From positions 10,356,001-10,420,000 of the forward strand of contig CM075993.1 of assembly GCA_038087875.1 (NCBI GenBank): a stretch of DNA of 64,000 bases. The letters are read 5' to 3'. Each line of letters begins with the position of its first letter. The first letter of the stretch is position 1. The stretch comes from Malacoraja senta. Its lineage: Eukaryota. Positions 11,292 through 23,895 of this stretch are shown in pieces. Under the pieces are notes generated by a model. That model saw only the letters and a program-made list of their open reading frames with translations, did no database searches and was not told the DNA's origin. A program made the position numbers and the translations under genes.

Positions 11292-13805
11292 AATAATATT
11301 TAAATCATTATATTTTGATGATCATGAAGAAACATGATACAACATTATATAATGTTCATCATTATATGATGAACACTGTCCTTTTAAACAACACAACAAG
11401 AAGCAAAAATAAATAGATAGGCCATGGATGACAAAAGGACTACAAAAGGCATGCAAAAAAAAGAATATCTTGTATAAAGAATTCATAAAATTGAGAACTA
11501 TAGAAGCAGAAAGTAAATACAAAAGATATAAAAACAAATTGACTAGTATTATAAGGACATGTAAGAAAGATTATTATAATAAAATATTAAACGATAATTA
11601 AAATAATATTAAGGGCATATGGAATGTGTTAAATAATATCAGGAATGGATCAATGAATATAAACTACCCTCAGTATTTTGAAGACAATGATACAACTGTA
11701 AGCGATATGAATGATGTGGTTAATGGGTTTAATACATTTTTTGTAAGTGTGGGACCAAAACTGGCAGAAGAAATCGATAATCCACAGTCAGAAGAAGGAG
11801 AGGGGAAGGTTGTGGATTTGTTAGACAGCAACCCAAACTCAATGTTTTTGAAAGCAGCTGATGAAAAGGAGATTATTGACATTGTTAGTAATTGTAAGAA
11901 TAAAAGGTCTACAGACTGGAATGACATTGATATGGCTTTAATCAAGGTAGTCATTGGTGTAATTGTAAAACCCTTAACTTATATTTGCAATTTATCTTTC
12001 AAAACTGGTGTATTTCCATGTAAAATGAAAACTGCCAAAGTCATCCCACTATACAAAGCTGGAGACAGAAATCAATTTACAAATTACAGGCCGGTGTCGT
12101 TACTCTCTCAGTTCTCAAAAATATTAGAAAAACTGTATGTAAGTAGATTAGATAACTTTATCGAGAAGCACGAATTGCTAGTTGATAGTAAATATGGATT
12201 CAGGTCAAACAGATCGACATCCATGGCATTAATGGAGTTAATTGAAGACATTACCAGTTCTATAGATAACAAGAAATATGCAGTGGGTGTATTTATAGAT
12301 TTGAAAAAAGCATTCGATACAATTGATCATCATTTGCTAATCAAAAAATTGGAAAAGTATGGAATCAGAGGGGTTGTACTAGAGTGGATGAGAAGCTACA
12401 TAAGTAAAAGACATCAGTTTATGCAAATAGGGGACTGCAAATCAACATGCTTGGAAATAACTTGTGGAGTCCCACAGGGGTCGGTTTTGGGCCCCAAATT
12501 ATTTATTTTGTATATTAATGATATATGTAGGGTGTCAAACCTCTTGAAATTTGTGTTATTTGCAGATGACACTAATATTTTCTGTGATGGGGACAATTTG
12601 CAGCAGCTTTTGGAGGTGGTCACAGCAGGAATGAGTAAACTAAAAACATGGTTTGATTTGAATAAATTATCATTAAATTTAAACAAAACCAAACTTATGC
12701 TGTTTGGAAAACGCAAAATAAATACACAAGTAAAAGTAATGATAAATAATGTTGAAATAGAAAGAGTGTATGAAAATAAATTTCTGGGTGTGATTCTTGA
12801 TCACAAAATCTGCTGGAAACCCGATATAAAACATGTGAGAGTGATGGGGAAAGCAAGGCATGTTTTGAATGAGAGAGCACTGTATGTTCTGTACAGCTCA
12901 CTTGTGTTACCGTATTTAAATTACTGTGTGGAAGTATGGGGCAACACCTACAAAACCACCTTACAATCACTAAGCACACTACAAAAAAGAGCTATTCGTA
13001 TAGTAAACAATGTAGGATATCATGAACATACTAATATACTGTATTTAAAATTACACACCTTAAAGATTAAGGATCTGATAGAATTTAAGACTGCACAAAT
13101 AATTTATAAAGCAAAAAATAAACTGCTACCTGTAAACATACAAAAACTGTTCAGAGACAGAGAGGGGGGTTATAACTTTAGAGGGAAACTAAACTTGAAA
13201 GCATTATGCTCGGACCAATTTAAAAAGTATGTGTATTTCCATTTGTGGGGTGGTTTTGTGGAATGGTCTTGATGAAACGATTAAACAAAGTATGAATATA
13301 ATGCAATTTAAAAAAATGTACAAAAGATATATCTTTGAAAAGTACAGTAATGAGGAAGGAGAATGTAAATCTCACAGATGTTAATGGTGCTTGTTCTTTT
13401 TGTTCTTTTCTTTTTTTGTTCTTTTTTCTTAATAGCTTGATTGGAGTAATTTTAATTGAATTGTCTGTTTAGTTTATTTTATTGAATTTTGCATTTGTTA
13501 ATGGTGAAGAATGGGGGTAGGACTTGACAAGCATAGGCTTCTTCCTATCCCTTTTTGAACGAGTCTAATGTGTATTATGTTGAAATTGGCTTTTGATTTT
13601 TTAATTTATGTATGTACATATATGTTATGTATATGTGTGTATGTATATATGTACATGTATATGTATGTATGCGTGTATGTATTTATGTATATATATATAT
13701 ATATATATGTATATATAATTTTCCTTTATTATTCATTTTCATCTTTTCTTTTCTTTTTTTAATCGTTTGTTCGAAATAAAAGATATCAAATCAAATCAAA
13801 TCAAA
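11292..13805 (+). mobile_element. 5'-truncated L2/Crack-like LINE with near-intact RT ORF
   Basis: 548-aa ORF with NYRPVSLL, DLKKAFDTIDH, GVPQGSVLGP and FADDT; the frame continues upstream through two stops (PWMTKGL motif); AATAAA plus (TCAAA)n tail; ATAACT on both flanks (11286-11291, 13806-13811); clade call tentative. Confidence 0.88.
13604..13717. repeat. (TA/TG)n compound microsatellite in the LINE 3' UTR
   Basis: tatgtatgtacatatatg...tatatatatata. Confidence 0.85.
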
Positions 13806-14457
13806 ATAACTTGGTGAGTTCATATTGTAGGATCACTGCACTATCTTAACTCTGGGCATGGCAAATTCTAGTGTAACTTTATTATATCATTTTATTCTAT
13901 CTAATCATTCTCGGGTATTCCAGCCAGGATGTTGTCTGTCTCCACAGCCTTTCTCAGCTATTTGAAAATAGTGGAAAAGCAGATCAGGCAGCATGCATGC
14001 AAAGAGACATAGTTAATGTTTCAGGCTGAAAAACCTTTTTTGGCTGTTGATAAAAGAAGAAGAGAATTGGATGGCTAAGATCGGAAGTTGTAGTGGCTTA
14101 TTTATTTGGAACTTCTGGCCAAACATTGTTACACCTGTGGCTTGATGTATTCACCAGGTTGCTACCATATAAGCTGGTCTTGTTAGCAGGTTGGTCTTGT
14201 TATGCTCTACTACAGTCCTCTTTGAGCCAGTGATGATGCCTCTACTTGCAGAATTTGCTTAGTAATTCAGCTACAAATTGGGCTGGTGCAGGTTTCCTGG
14301 GCTCAAAGTCCACAGCTAGTACTGATACTTATACAGTAACTGCTTTTCATATTAGCAGATAGTTATACAGTAACTGCTTTTCATATTGTGCTTATTTGCC
14401 TATTGGAAAATTGGCAAACGGGCACCTACAACCACATGCCTATCTTCTGTTTGGCTT

Positions 14458-15710
14458 ACATAGATACATAGATACATAGAAAATAGGTGCAGGAGTAGGC
14501 CATTCGGCCCTTCGAGCCTGCACCGCCATTCAATATGATCATGGCTGATCATCCAACTCAGTATCCCGTACCTGCCTTCTCTCCATACCCCCTGATCCCC
14601 TTAGCCACAAGGGCCACATCTAACTCCCTCTTAAATATAGCCAATGAACTGGCCTCAACTACCCCCTGTGGCAGAGAATTCCAGAGATTCACCACTCTCT
14701 GTGTGAAAAAGTTTTTCCTCATCTCGGTCCTAAAGGATTTCCCCCTTATCCTTAAGCTGTGACCCCTTGTCCTGGACTTCCCCAACATCGGGAACAATCT
14801 TCCTGCATCTAGCCTGTCCAACCCCATAAGAATTTTGTACGTTTCTATAAGATCCCCTCTCAACCTCCTAAATTCTAGCGAGTATAAGCCAAGTCTATCC
14901 AGTCTTTCTTCATATGAAAGTCCTGACATCCCAGGAATCAGTCTGGTGAACCTTCTCTGCACTCCCTCTATGGCTATAATGTCCTTCCTCAGATTTGGAG
15001 ACCAAAACTGTACGCAATACTCCAGGTGTGGTCTCACCAAGACCCTGTACAACTGCAGTAGAACCTCCCTGCTCCTATACTCAAATCCTCTTGCTATGAA
15101 GGCCAACATACCATTCGCTTTCTTCACTGCCTGCTGCACCTGCATGCCTACTTTCAATGACTGGTGTACCATGACACCCAGGTCTCGCTGCATCTCCCCA
15201 TTTCCTAATCGGCCACCATTTAGATAATAGTCTGCCTTCCCGTTTTTGCCACCAAAGTGGATAACCTCACATTTATCCACATTATACTGCATCTGCCAAA
15301 CATTTGCCCACTCACCCAGCCTATCCAAGTCACCTTGCAGTCTCCTAGCATCCTCCTCACAGCTAACACTGCCCCCCAGCTTAGTGTCATCCGCAAACTT
15401 GGAGATGTTGCTTTCAATTCCCTCGTCCAGATCATTAATATAAATTGTAAATAGCTGGGGTCCCAGCACTGAGCCTTGCGGTACCCCACTAGTCACTGCC
15501 TGCCATTGTGAAAAGGACCCGTTTACTCCTACTCTTTGCTTCCTGTTTGCCAGCCAGTTCTCTATCCACATCAATACTGAACCCCCAATACCGTGTGATT
15601 TAAGTTTGTATCCTAATCTCTTATGTGGTACCTTGTCGAAAGCCTTCTGAAAGTCCAGATACAACACATCCACTGGTTCTCCCCTATCCACTCTACTAGT
15701 TACATCCTCG
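14458..15710 (-). mobile_element. Young 5'-truncated CR1 LINE with open RT C-terminus
   Basis: Uninterrupted 377-aa ORF (YLDFQKAFDKVPH, GVPQGSVLGP, KFADDTK); tail (CATAGATA)n as read on + strand. Confidence 0.95.
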
Positions 15711-16749
15711 AGGCTTCATGCAGTAACTACCAAATACTTTGATGCACAGCTTATCTTGAAGGTCAGTATCGTGCATATTTCTTCTGGTCCCTCTGCAAAT
15801 GGTTTCTGTAACTAGTGATCCAGGCAATTCTGACGAGTTGTTACATAAACTACTGTATATCCAGCGTACAGACATAGAACTGTGAGAGAGAGCTTCCATT
15901 GTTGGAGTTTAAGCCAATCAAATGGACTCTGTTCAATTGTGTACAGATTCATTTTTTTAAAGAGTTTAAATAATTGACTTTCCAACTCAAGTAATTTTAC
16001 TTCATTGACTGTTTCCAAATGCTCCACATTGCAGTTGTACATGAAAGTATAATTCTGTTATATACACATTATTTGATAAAAATTAATTCCATGAAATAAT
16101 CATAGCTGATCTTGATTATTTCCAGCTGCTCCTATGAGTCACATCCAGGCATTAGGGACATGTAGACTGAAAGTTAAGTGTAATGTGACTTTGGAAATTT
16201 CTTGAGGACAGAATGGAAGGAAGGGCATGACAATTGTAATGTTGCTGGAAAGTGGACATGCTCCTTAATTAAGTTATACAACATTTTAGCCCAGTACAGT
16301 GACTAAACAACCTGCTGACTCATGAATAGAAAATTGTAACAGCATCATTGTCTATCTTGATGTATTCAAGAGAGAGTTAGATGTTGTTCTTAGGCCTACT
16401 CCTGCACCTATTTTCTATGTTTTCTATTGTCATAAATGAACATTTAATTTCCATCATGGAAACTTTTCTTACCCTATGACCTCGTGTGCTCGAGGGCCGG
16501 GGGGATGTTGGGTATTTACAACTTGTCAAAGTCATTTCAGAGTCGAGTACAGAAAATTATATTGAAAACTAATTCTCACTGATTAGTTGGAAGCCAATCT
16601 GGAGATTGTGCCGGAAGGCTCATGTGTTCAGAAGATCTGCCCCAAAATGTTATATGAATGCATACCGAGCAAAGGGATAACTTAAGGCTTAGTTATAAGG
16701 ATGGCCTTAAACTTATTATGAATCCAAATAGCTGATGGAGGCTCAACAC

Positions 16750-17960
16750 TTGTCCAAGTTCTTAGTGAATGTTTTATGTGTGACTTTACAGAAAAGGGCA
16801 GGATTGAAATATTGCAGTTAAGAGATGAAGTGCAATAAAAAGAGGAGAATGTAAAGTTGTAAAGAATGTAAATTTGAAGCTTGGCTGTTTGGAGAACCAA
16901 AGAAGGAAACTGTTTCTAATCCTCCTTAGCTTTAGGAACATGGTGCTAGGCTCATGGGAAGACTGGGGGTCTACCAATGTAGTGCATGTCTTTAAAGGAG
17001 GAGAGGAATTAGAAATGGTTGATGGTCAAATCATTAGAGAGAAAAAAAGGGATTATAAATTAGCAATTGAAAAAGTTCATTGATCAAGGATATTAAATGT
17101 GGATTTATTCATGTGCTTTATCTGACTAATCAGATTTTATGAAGATATAACTATGAGGATTATGCATTTAGTATAGTCTACGTGAAATATTGCAAAGCAT
17201 TTGACAAGGATTCACATAGCCGACTGAATACAAAATAAAACTGCGGATCCAAGCGACATTAACAAATTGGATACAAAATTAGCTCAGTAACATGAAAAAT
17301 GGTTGAAGGTGTTTTCCATTGTCCTTCCATGGGGATCAGTGCTAGGTCCCATGTTTTTTGAGTTATCAATGATTTTAATGAACATATAGGTTGCATTATT
17401 GTTTACTGATATCACAGAAGTTGGCTGTGGTACATGGCCAGATTATACTGCAAAGTCCAGAAAGTATCATTGGATTAGACATTTGGGCATAAAATTGTTA
17501 AACTGAATCCAGGTAGAAATGTTGGGTGATTCATTTAGGAAGAGTAGATAAGGCAAGGTAATACACTATAAATGGTGGGATACTGTGAAATGTGAAGGAC
17601 CAGAGAGATGTTGAATTACTGAAGAACTATTCCAGAGGCAGAAAGATCTTTGAGATTACTTCCTTTTGTGGCAGAGGCATAAAAGAGGGCTGATCATATG
17701 CTTGAACTTCATGAAATCTAGTTAGGTGCCGGGATACTGTATATATATTTTAGTTCACTCACAACACAATAATGCTACTGCATTAGAGTACAGAGGAGAT
17801 TTGAGGATGTGTCCAGGGCTGGGGAATTACAGCCATGGGCAAATACTTGTGTATGATAAGATTATTTTAAAATAGGGGAATTGATGGGAGATTCGATTGA
17901 CATAAAATAAAGGTTTAAACAGAATTGATAGGAGGATCCATATCTCTTGAGTAGTCAATA
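16750..17960 (+). mobile_element. Old, highly degenerate CR1 LINE
   Basis: Remnants such as EDW..NVV.VFKG, gcatttgacaagg and ggggatcagtgctaggtcc. Confidence 0.6.
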
Positions 17961-17965
17961 TCTTG

Positions 17966-18212
17966 ATGAAACACTTTTTCTCACAGAGAGTGGTGAGTCT
18001 GTGGAATTCTCTGCCTCAGAGGGCGGTGGAGGCAGGTTCTCTGGATGCTTTCAAGAGAGCTAGATAGGGCTCTTATAAATAGCGGAGTCAGGGGATATGG
18101 GGAGAAGGCAGGAACGGGGTACTGATTGGGGATGATCAGCCATGATCACATTGAATGGCGGTGCTGGCGCGAAGGGCCAAATAGCCTACTCCTGCACCTA
18201 TTGTCTATTGAA
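17966..18212 (+). mobile_element. CR1 LINE 3' end
   Basis: tctgtggaattctctgcc...ggggagaaggcaggaacggggtactga...cctactcctgcacctattgtctattg. Confidence 0.88.
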
Positions 18213-19057
18213 TAGACTTTATAATAATTAGGGAAATCATATGAAAAGTGGGGAAATTTTTCATCGAGCTTGTTGTAAATCTGGAACGATGCTTTAAAGG
18301 GTGGTGCAGGCAGAAACATTAACTAATGTTACAAGAATTTGGATATGCATGTGGAAGGTCATAACTTGTGTGGCTGTTCAATAAGACGTGGACAAAAAAG
18401 ATTAGCTGGATAGCTCTTTATCCGCAGCATAAATATGATGGGCTGAATAGATTGCTCCTTGGCTCTGAATTCCTGTAATTCTATGAAAACCATTTAATAT
18501 GTGAGCAAATAACATTTTAGGATTTTGAAAGGCCACCATTTTTGTTTAATTAAATGTATGTTACCCTATAGTTTATCCTGCACGATGTTTTCTCAGATGC
18601 CTATGATGTCGAATTAATACGTTTATTTGAAATAACATGTTTCTTTACTATTTGGTCATACCTGGTTTGTTTCAGCTTATTATTGTCGTGGTACAGTGAA
18701 GAGTTTTGTTTTGCATGGTATTCAATCAAATCAGATAATACTATACATAAATACAATTAAGCCAAACTTAAGTACAATAGACAGAAGGTTGGGCAAGAGA
18801 GAGAGTGCAGAATATTGTTCTCGCCAATATAATGCAATAGTTCCAGAGACACAGTCAAATGTCTGCAGGGAGTTAGATAATTGAACTGTACTCTACCTTA
18901 TGGAAAGATCGTTCAGAAGCATGATAACAGAGCTGCTCCTGAGTAAATTGTTGGATAAATTGTTGTATTCAATCTTTTTTTTTTAAATGTACCTTTTTAA
19001 ATCATGTGCATATTGTGATTTCTGTTAATTGTTATGGGGTTTTTGTTTCCCTGTCAG

Positions 19058-19369
19058 ATTGAAGCTGGACAGTATTGCACGTTTGTCATTGCATCTGATG
19101 GATCAGTAAGAGCATGTGGCAAAGGCAGTTATGGAAGGCTTGGTCTCGGCGACTCAAATAACCAATCAACTTTGAAAAAATTAACTTTTGAGCCACATCG
19201 AGCTATCAAAAAAATCTCCTCATCAAAAGGCTCTGATGGTCATACTCTGGCCTTTACCACAGAGGGAGAAGTCTTCAGCTGGGGTGACGGTGACTATGGC
19301 AAACTTGGGCATGGTAACAGTTCAACACAGAAATACCCTAAACTCATTCAAGGACCTCTCCAAGGGAAA
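19058..19369 (+). CDS. HERC1: HERC1 exon (312 bp), RCC1 repeats
   Basis: ctgtcAG / IEAGQYCTFVIASDGSVRACGKGSYGRLGLG...WGDGDYGKLGHGNSSTQKYPKLIQGPLQGK / GTAAGT. Confidence 0.97.
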
Positions 19370-19449
19370 GTAAGTGGTTGTGACTCGATTTTTACAATCA
19401 TTTTATTCCTGTTTGATTGTTGAATTTTCTTGCCTTTTTTTACTACACT

Positions 19450-20460
19450 TTTTCCCACCCTGCTTCCTGTAAATACTCTATCCCCCTACTCCCAATTCCT
19501 CCGTCTATGCAGCATCTGCGCCCAGGATGAGGTTTTCCATACAAGGGCATTTTTCTTTAGGGAACGGGGGTACCCTTCCATTATAGATGAGTCTCTCACT
19601 AGGTTCTCCTCGATATCGTGCAGTTCCGCTCTTACTCCCCCTCCCCCTACTCGTAACAAGGACAGAGTCCCCCTTGTCCTCACCTTCCACCCCATTAGCT
19701 GACACGTACAACATATAATCCTCCAAAATTTTCCCCACCTCCAAAGGGATCCCACCACGGGCCACATCTTCCCATCTCCACCCCTTTCTGATTTCCGCAG
19801 AGACCGTTCCCTCCGTAATTCCTTGGTCAACTCATCCCTTCCCACCCAAACCACCCCCTCCCCAGGCACTTTCCCCTGCAACCGCAGGAGATGCAACACC
19901 TGTTGCTTTACCTCCCCCCTCGATTCCATCCAAGGACCCAAACAGTCTATCCAGCTGAGGCAGAGGTTCACTTGCATCACCTTCAACCTCATCTACTGCA
20001 TCCGCTGTTCCAGGTGTCAATTTCTCTACGTCGGCGAGACCAAGCGCAGGCTCGGCGTTCGTTTCGCTCAGTCCGTCTTAACCAAGCTGATCTCCCGGTG
20101 GCCCAGCACTTCAACTCCCCCTCCCATTCCCAATCTGACCTTTCTGTCCTGGGTCTCCTCCATTGTCAGAGTGAGGCCCAGCGCAAATTGGAGGAACAGC
20201 ACCTCCTATTTCGCTTGGGTAGTTTATACCCCAACGGTATGAACGTTGACTTCTCTAACTTCAGGTAGCCCTTGCTTTCTCTCTCTCCATCCCCTCCCCC
20301 TTCCCAGTTCTCCCACTAGTCTCCGCGTACATACTTTCCATATTCCTCCCTCCCCCTTGACATCAGTCTGAAGAAGGGTCTAGACCCGAAACGTCGCCAA
20401 TTCCTTCTCTCCATAGATGCTGCCTCACCCGCTGAGTTACTCCAGCATTTTGTGTCTACT
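19450..20460 (+). mobile_element. Penelope-like retroelement 3' part (GIY-YIG endonuclease remnant plus terminal repeat)
   Basis: PYSQFLRL, RVPLVLTFHP, CNRRRCNTC, NLIYCIRCSRCQFLYVGETKRRLG, and EEQHLLFRLGSLYPNGMNVDFSNFR; frameshifted. Confidence 0.9.
20368..20395 (+). ncRNA. Minimal hammerhead-ribozyme-like core in the Penelope terminal repeat
   Basis: CTGAAGA-A-GGGTC-ta-GACCC-GAAA-CGTC fits CUGANGA/stem II/GAAA/NUH; helix I is weak. Confidence 0.55.
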
Positions 20461-20603
20461 TTTTTTTCTTGTTGCGAAACGAAGAACTGACTCATTAACG
20501 ACAAATGTAATGAATCCCATCTGTTCTAAAATAAAATGAAATATTTCTATTGGATTTTTACTATTCGTGTTGGTGTTGAATTTCTCCATGTCTTTTTTTA
20601 AAG

Positions 20604-20700
20604 GCCGTTGTATGTGTCTCTGCTGGCTACAGACACAGTGCAGCTGTCACAGAAGATGGTGAATTGTATACCTGGGGTGAAGGGGACTTTGGAAGATTAG
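20604..20700 (+). CDS. HERC1: HERC1 exon (97 bp), RCC1 repeat
   Basis: ttttttaaAG / [33 protein letters not shown] / GTGAGA. Confidence 0.96.
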
Positions 20701-21069
20701 GTGAGATTAATAACATTTTACGCCAGTCCTTCTGAGTTACTCCAGCATTTTGTGTCTTTCTTCGGTGTAAACCAGCAACTGCAGTTCCTTCCTACACAAT
20801 AGGATTTTAAGTTTGCCGAACTAGGTGGATTGTATCCAGAAATTAGCAAAGCTGGCAATAAACTTTATGCAGTCTTTAATTGAACAAAGAAAATCAGTTA
20901 GGTTTTGCATGAATATTACAAGGTATTAACCATGAGATTTAACCAACGGATTTGGAACTAAACAAAAGTGGTAGAGGTCGTGGGTGTAAAATGTGCTGTC
21001 GAAGGAGTCTTGGTGAGTTGCTGCAGTGTGTCTTGTGTACAATCTTTTGCTGATGTGCATCAGCATAAC

Positions 21070-21312
21070 TAATCCTGACTACGGGTGCTGTCTGTACGGA
21101 GTTTGTACTTTGTCCCTGTGACCGCGTGAGTTTTCTCTAGGTGCTCTGGTTTTGTCCCACACTCCAAAGGCATCCAGGATGGTACGTTAATTGGCGTTGG
21201 TAAAATAGTAAATTGTCCCCAGTGTGTAGGATAGTGCTGGTGTATGGGGATCCCTGGTCGGCATGGTCCCGTTGGGCCTGTTTCCACACTGTATCTCTAA
21301 ACTAAACTAAAT
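21070..21312 (+). mobile_element. HE1-like V-SINE (5'-truncated)
   Basis: V-domain-like gtctgtacggagtttgtac...ggtgctctggttttgtcccac and (CTAAA)n tail. Confidence 0.8.
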
Positions 21313-21959
21313 AAAAGCACTCCATTCCAGGCAACATCCCTCCCGTTGAGTCACTTGTGCGCTCTCTCTAGTGCTACCACATCCTTTCTATAGTTTGATG
21401 ACTAGATCTGGACAGAATATACTGTGTGACCTGTCCAGTGTATTGCACAGCTGTAATGATGTTCCAACTTATACTGAATACCTCTGCTTATAAAGGCCAC
21501 CAAGGTAAACACCTTCACTACCCGTTGTACCTGTGTCACCATTTTCAGTGAGTCATGAACATTCACCCCATGACCCTGCTGTACATCTGTCCGTCAAATA
21601 TGCAGCCACATCTCTTCGTTATGTTACTGTTATATTTTTAGATAGAATAAATTTATAATGAAACACTTTTATCCTGCAGAGCAACTTGTGCACAATGAAA
21701 TATTGGTAAGCTTTGGTGCTTGCCAAATGTACATGTCCAAAGCACGCTGAAATGATGTCAATTGTCAAGCAACTTGCATTGAACTTTGATCCTGTAGACA
21801 ACACGTGAAATGTGGTCGAAACATCAGGAACGAGCCTTGCAGCTGTGTTTTTGAAAGGTGTTCAATAATTTGGTGGTTTGCTACAGGGTCAGTTGTATCA
21901 GACTTAGTGGAGTCAGCCACAGAGTATTTTGTTTTGCAACATCTTTGGGGATTTCAGAC

Positions 21960-22535
21960 GATCACCACCGGGTGGCGCCGTAATGGCCGCCTCACTAACT
22001 GTCTGTCTTATCCCTTTTCTATTTTTATTATTCTAAGTATGTCTTAAATGTATGTTTTAATGTTTTTTGTTATGTTTTATGTTGGGGGAGGGGGGGGGGA
22101 AATCAGGGGAAACTTTTTCCAGTCACTTATCTCGACGGAGATGCGATTTTTCTTCATGTCGCATCTCCGTCCCTCCCTGCGGCCTAACAACGTGGAGTGA
22201 TGCAGACTTTCCTGGGGACCAGCCCAGAGCTACAAGCCGCGTGCGCAGCGCAGACTTACCATCGCGGAGCGGCCGATCCTTTGCCGAGGATCGCCAGCGA
22301 AAGCGCTCAGACCGCGGAGCTTGTGGACTTTAACACCGTAAAGCCGCGGTCTCCGGTAAGAAGAGGCCGACTCGGGAGCTCCATGAGTTTCCCGATCCGT
22401 CCCGACGCTGGAATTTCCATCATCCCGACGCGAGGGCTTGAACGTCGGCAACGGCAAGTGAGGAGGGTTCAAAGGCCCGACCGCAGGTGAACAAAGGAGG
22501 AAGATGACTGAACTTTATTGCCTTCCATCACAGTG
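21960..22535 (+). mobile_element. GC-rich non-coding TE 5' segment joined to a Rex1 fragment
   Basis: Its 5' layout (ggcgcc..tggc, T-rich tract, G-run, ggggaaact) resembles the reverse complement of 25880-26050. Confidence 0.5.
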
Positions 22536-23300
22536 AGGAATGTGGACCAAATGGTGCCAACACAATAACCTGACTCTCAACACCACCAAAACCAAGGATC
22601 TGATTGTGGACTTTGGAAGGGGTAGGATAGGGACCCACAATCCTGTTTACATCAACAGGACGATGGTGGAAAGGGTCAAGAACTTCAAATTCCTGGGCGT
22701 GCACATTTCCAAAGATCTTTCCTGGTCCCAGCACATTGATGCAATTATAAAGAAAGCACCTCTACTTCGTGAGAAGATTACGGAGAGTCAGTATGTCAAA
22801 GAGGACTCTCTCGAACTTCTACAGGTGCACAGTAGAGAGCATGCTGACCGGTTGCATTGTGGCTTGGTTCGGCAACTTGAGCATCCAGGAGCGGAAAAGG
22901 ATGCAGAAAGTTGTGACCAATGCCCAATCCATCATCAGCTTTGACCTCCCCACCATCGAAGGGATCTATCGCAGTCGCTGCCTCAAAAAGGCAGCCAACA
23001 TCAAGGACCCACACCATCCTGGCCACACACTCATCTCCCTGCTACCATCGGGCAGAAGGTACAGGAGTCTGAAATCTGTTACATCCAGGTTCAGGAACAG
23101 CTACTTCCCCACAGCCATCAGGCTATTAAACTTGCCAACAAACAGACTCTGAACTGTAATAGCCTATTGCACTTTATCTGCTTATTTATGTGTATATTGA
23201 ACTGAACTGTTCTGTATTTTTGCTTACAATATTCTGTTGTGCTGCAGCAAACAAGAATTTAATTTTCCTATCTGGGACACATGACAATAAAGTCTCTTGA
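22536..23300 (+). mobile_element. Rex1/Babar LINE 3' fragment
   Basis: WCQHNNLTLNTTKTKDLIVDF, FYRCTVESMLTGCI, LLPSGRRYRS and FPTAIRLLN motifs. Confidence 0.85.
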
Positions 23301-23755
23301 CTTTGGTGGATGTTTATGTTAAATTTTATTTTATGTGGCTGTGTGTATTGTTGCTTTTCGCTTAGTATAGCGGTATGGTAACTCAAATTTCACTGTACCT
23401 TAGTTGGTTAAGTGACAATAAATGTGAACTTGAACTATTTTGAAGGCAACATTGAGAACATAGATGAGGGTGCTTTACTAAGTGATCCTGCTGGGCCTCC
23501 ATCTTGACTAGGTGTAGAAAGAATGGTGTATGACTTTCCTCTGGTGTGGCTAGAAGAGGACAGGATAATGTAAGAGGACAGGATGCTGCTGCACCCGCTG
23601 AGTTTCTCCAGCATTTTTGTGTACCCAGGATAATGTAATCCAGCCTGAAAGATCTGTGCCCTGAGAGGGATTATATTTTTATGTGCATTGAAGGCTATGA
23701 TTTTTGAGAGGTATTGACATTTGTCATGTGTCAGAACTGCAGGTTCATATCCATC

Positions 23756-23895
23756 TTCTTCTGTTTCTTTCGTGTGGCGTGCACAGCCTAAAGTTGTTGG
23801 ACAACTTGTTCTATTTGATCTTCCGTTTGTGCACGTCGAGTTGATTGCATTAGTCAAAACAGGGCGGACCACGTGAAGGTTGCAATCTTCCACCC
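23756..23895 (-). mobile_element. 140-bp retroposed element with (GAA)n-like tail and 10-bp TSD
   Basis: Flanked by CATATCCATC (23746-23755, 23896-23905); ttcttctgtttctttc tail as read on + strand. Confidence 0.75.

Noticed and set aside
14329..14387. 25-bp direct repeat with a 9-bp spacer
   Set aside because: Small local duplication with no sign of function
14835..15489. Antisense and alternate-frame ORFs over CR1 (also at 8265, 56542 and 61927-62470)
   Set aside because: Shadow frames of CR1 RT repeated in each copy; no independent coding evidence
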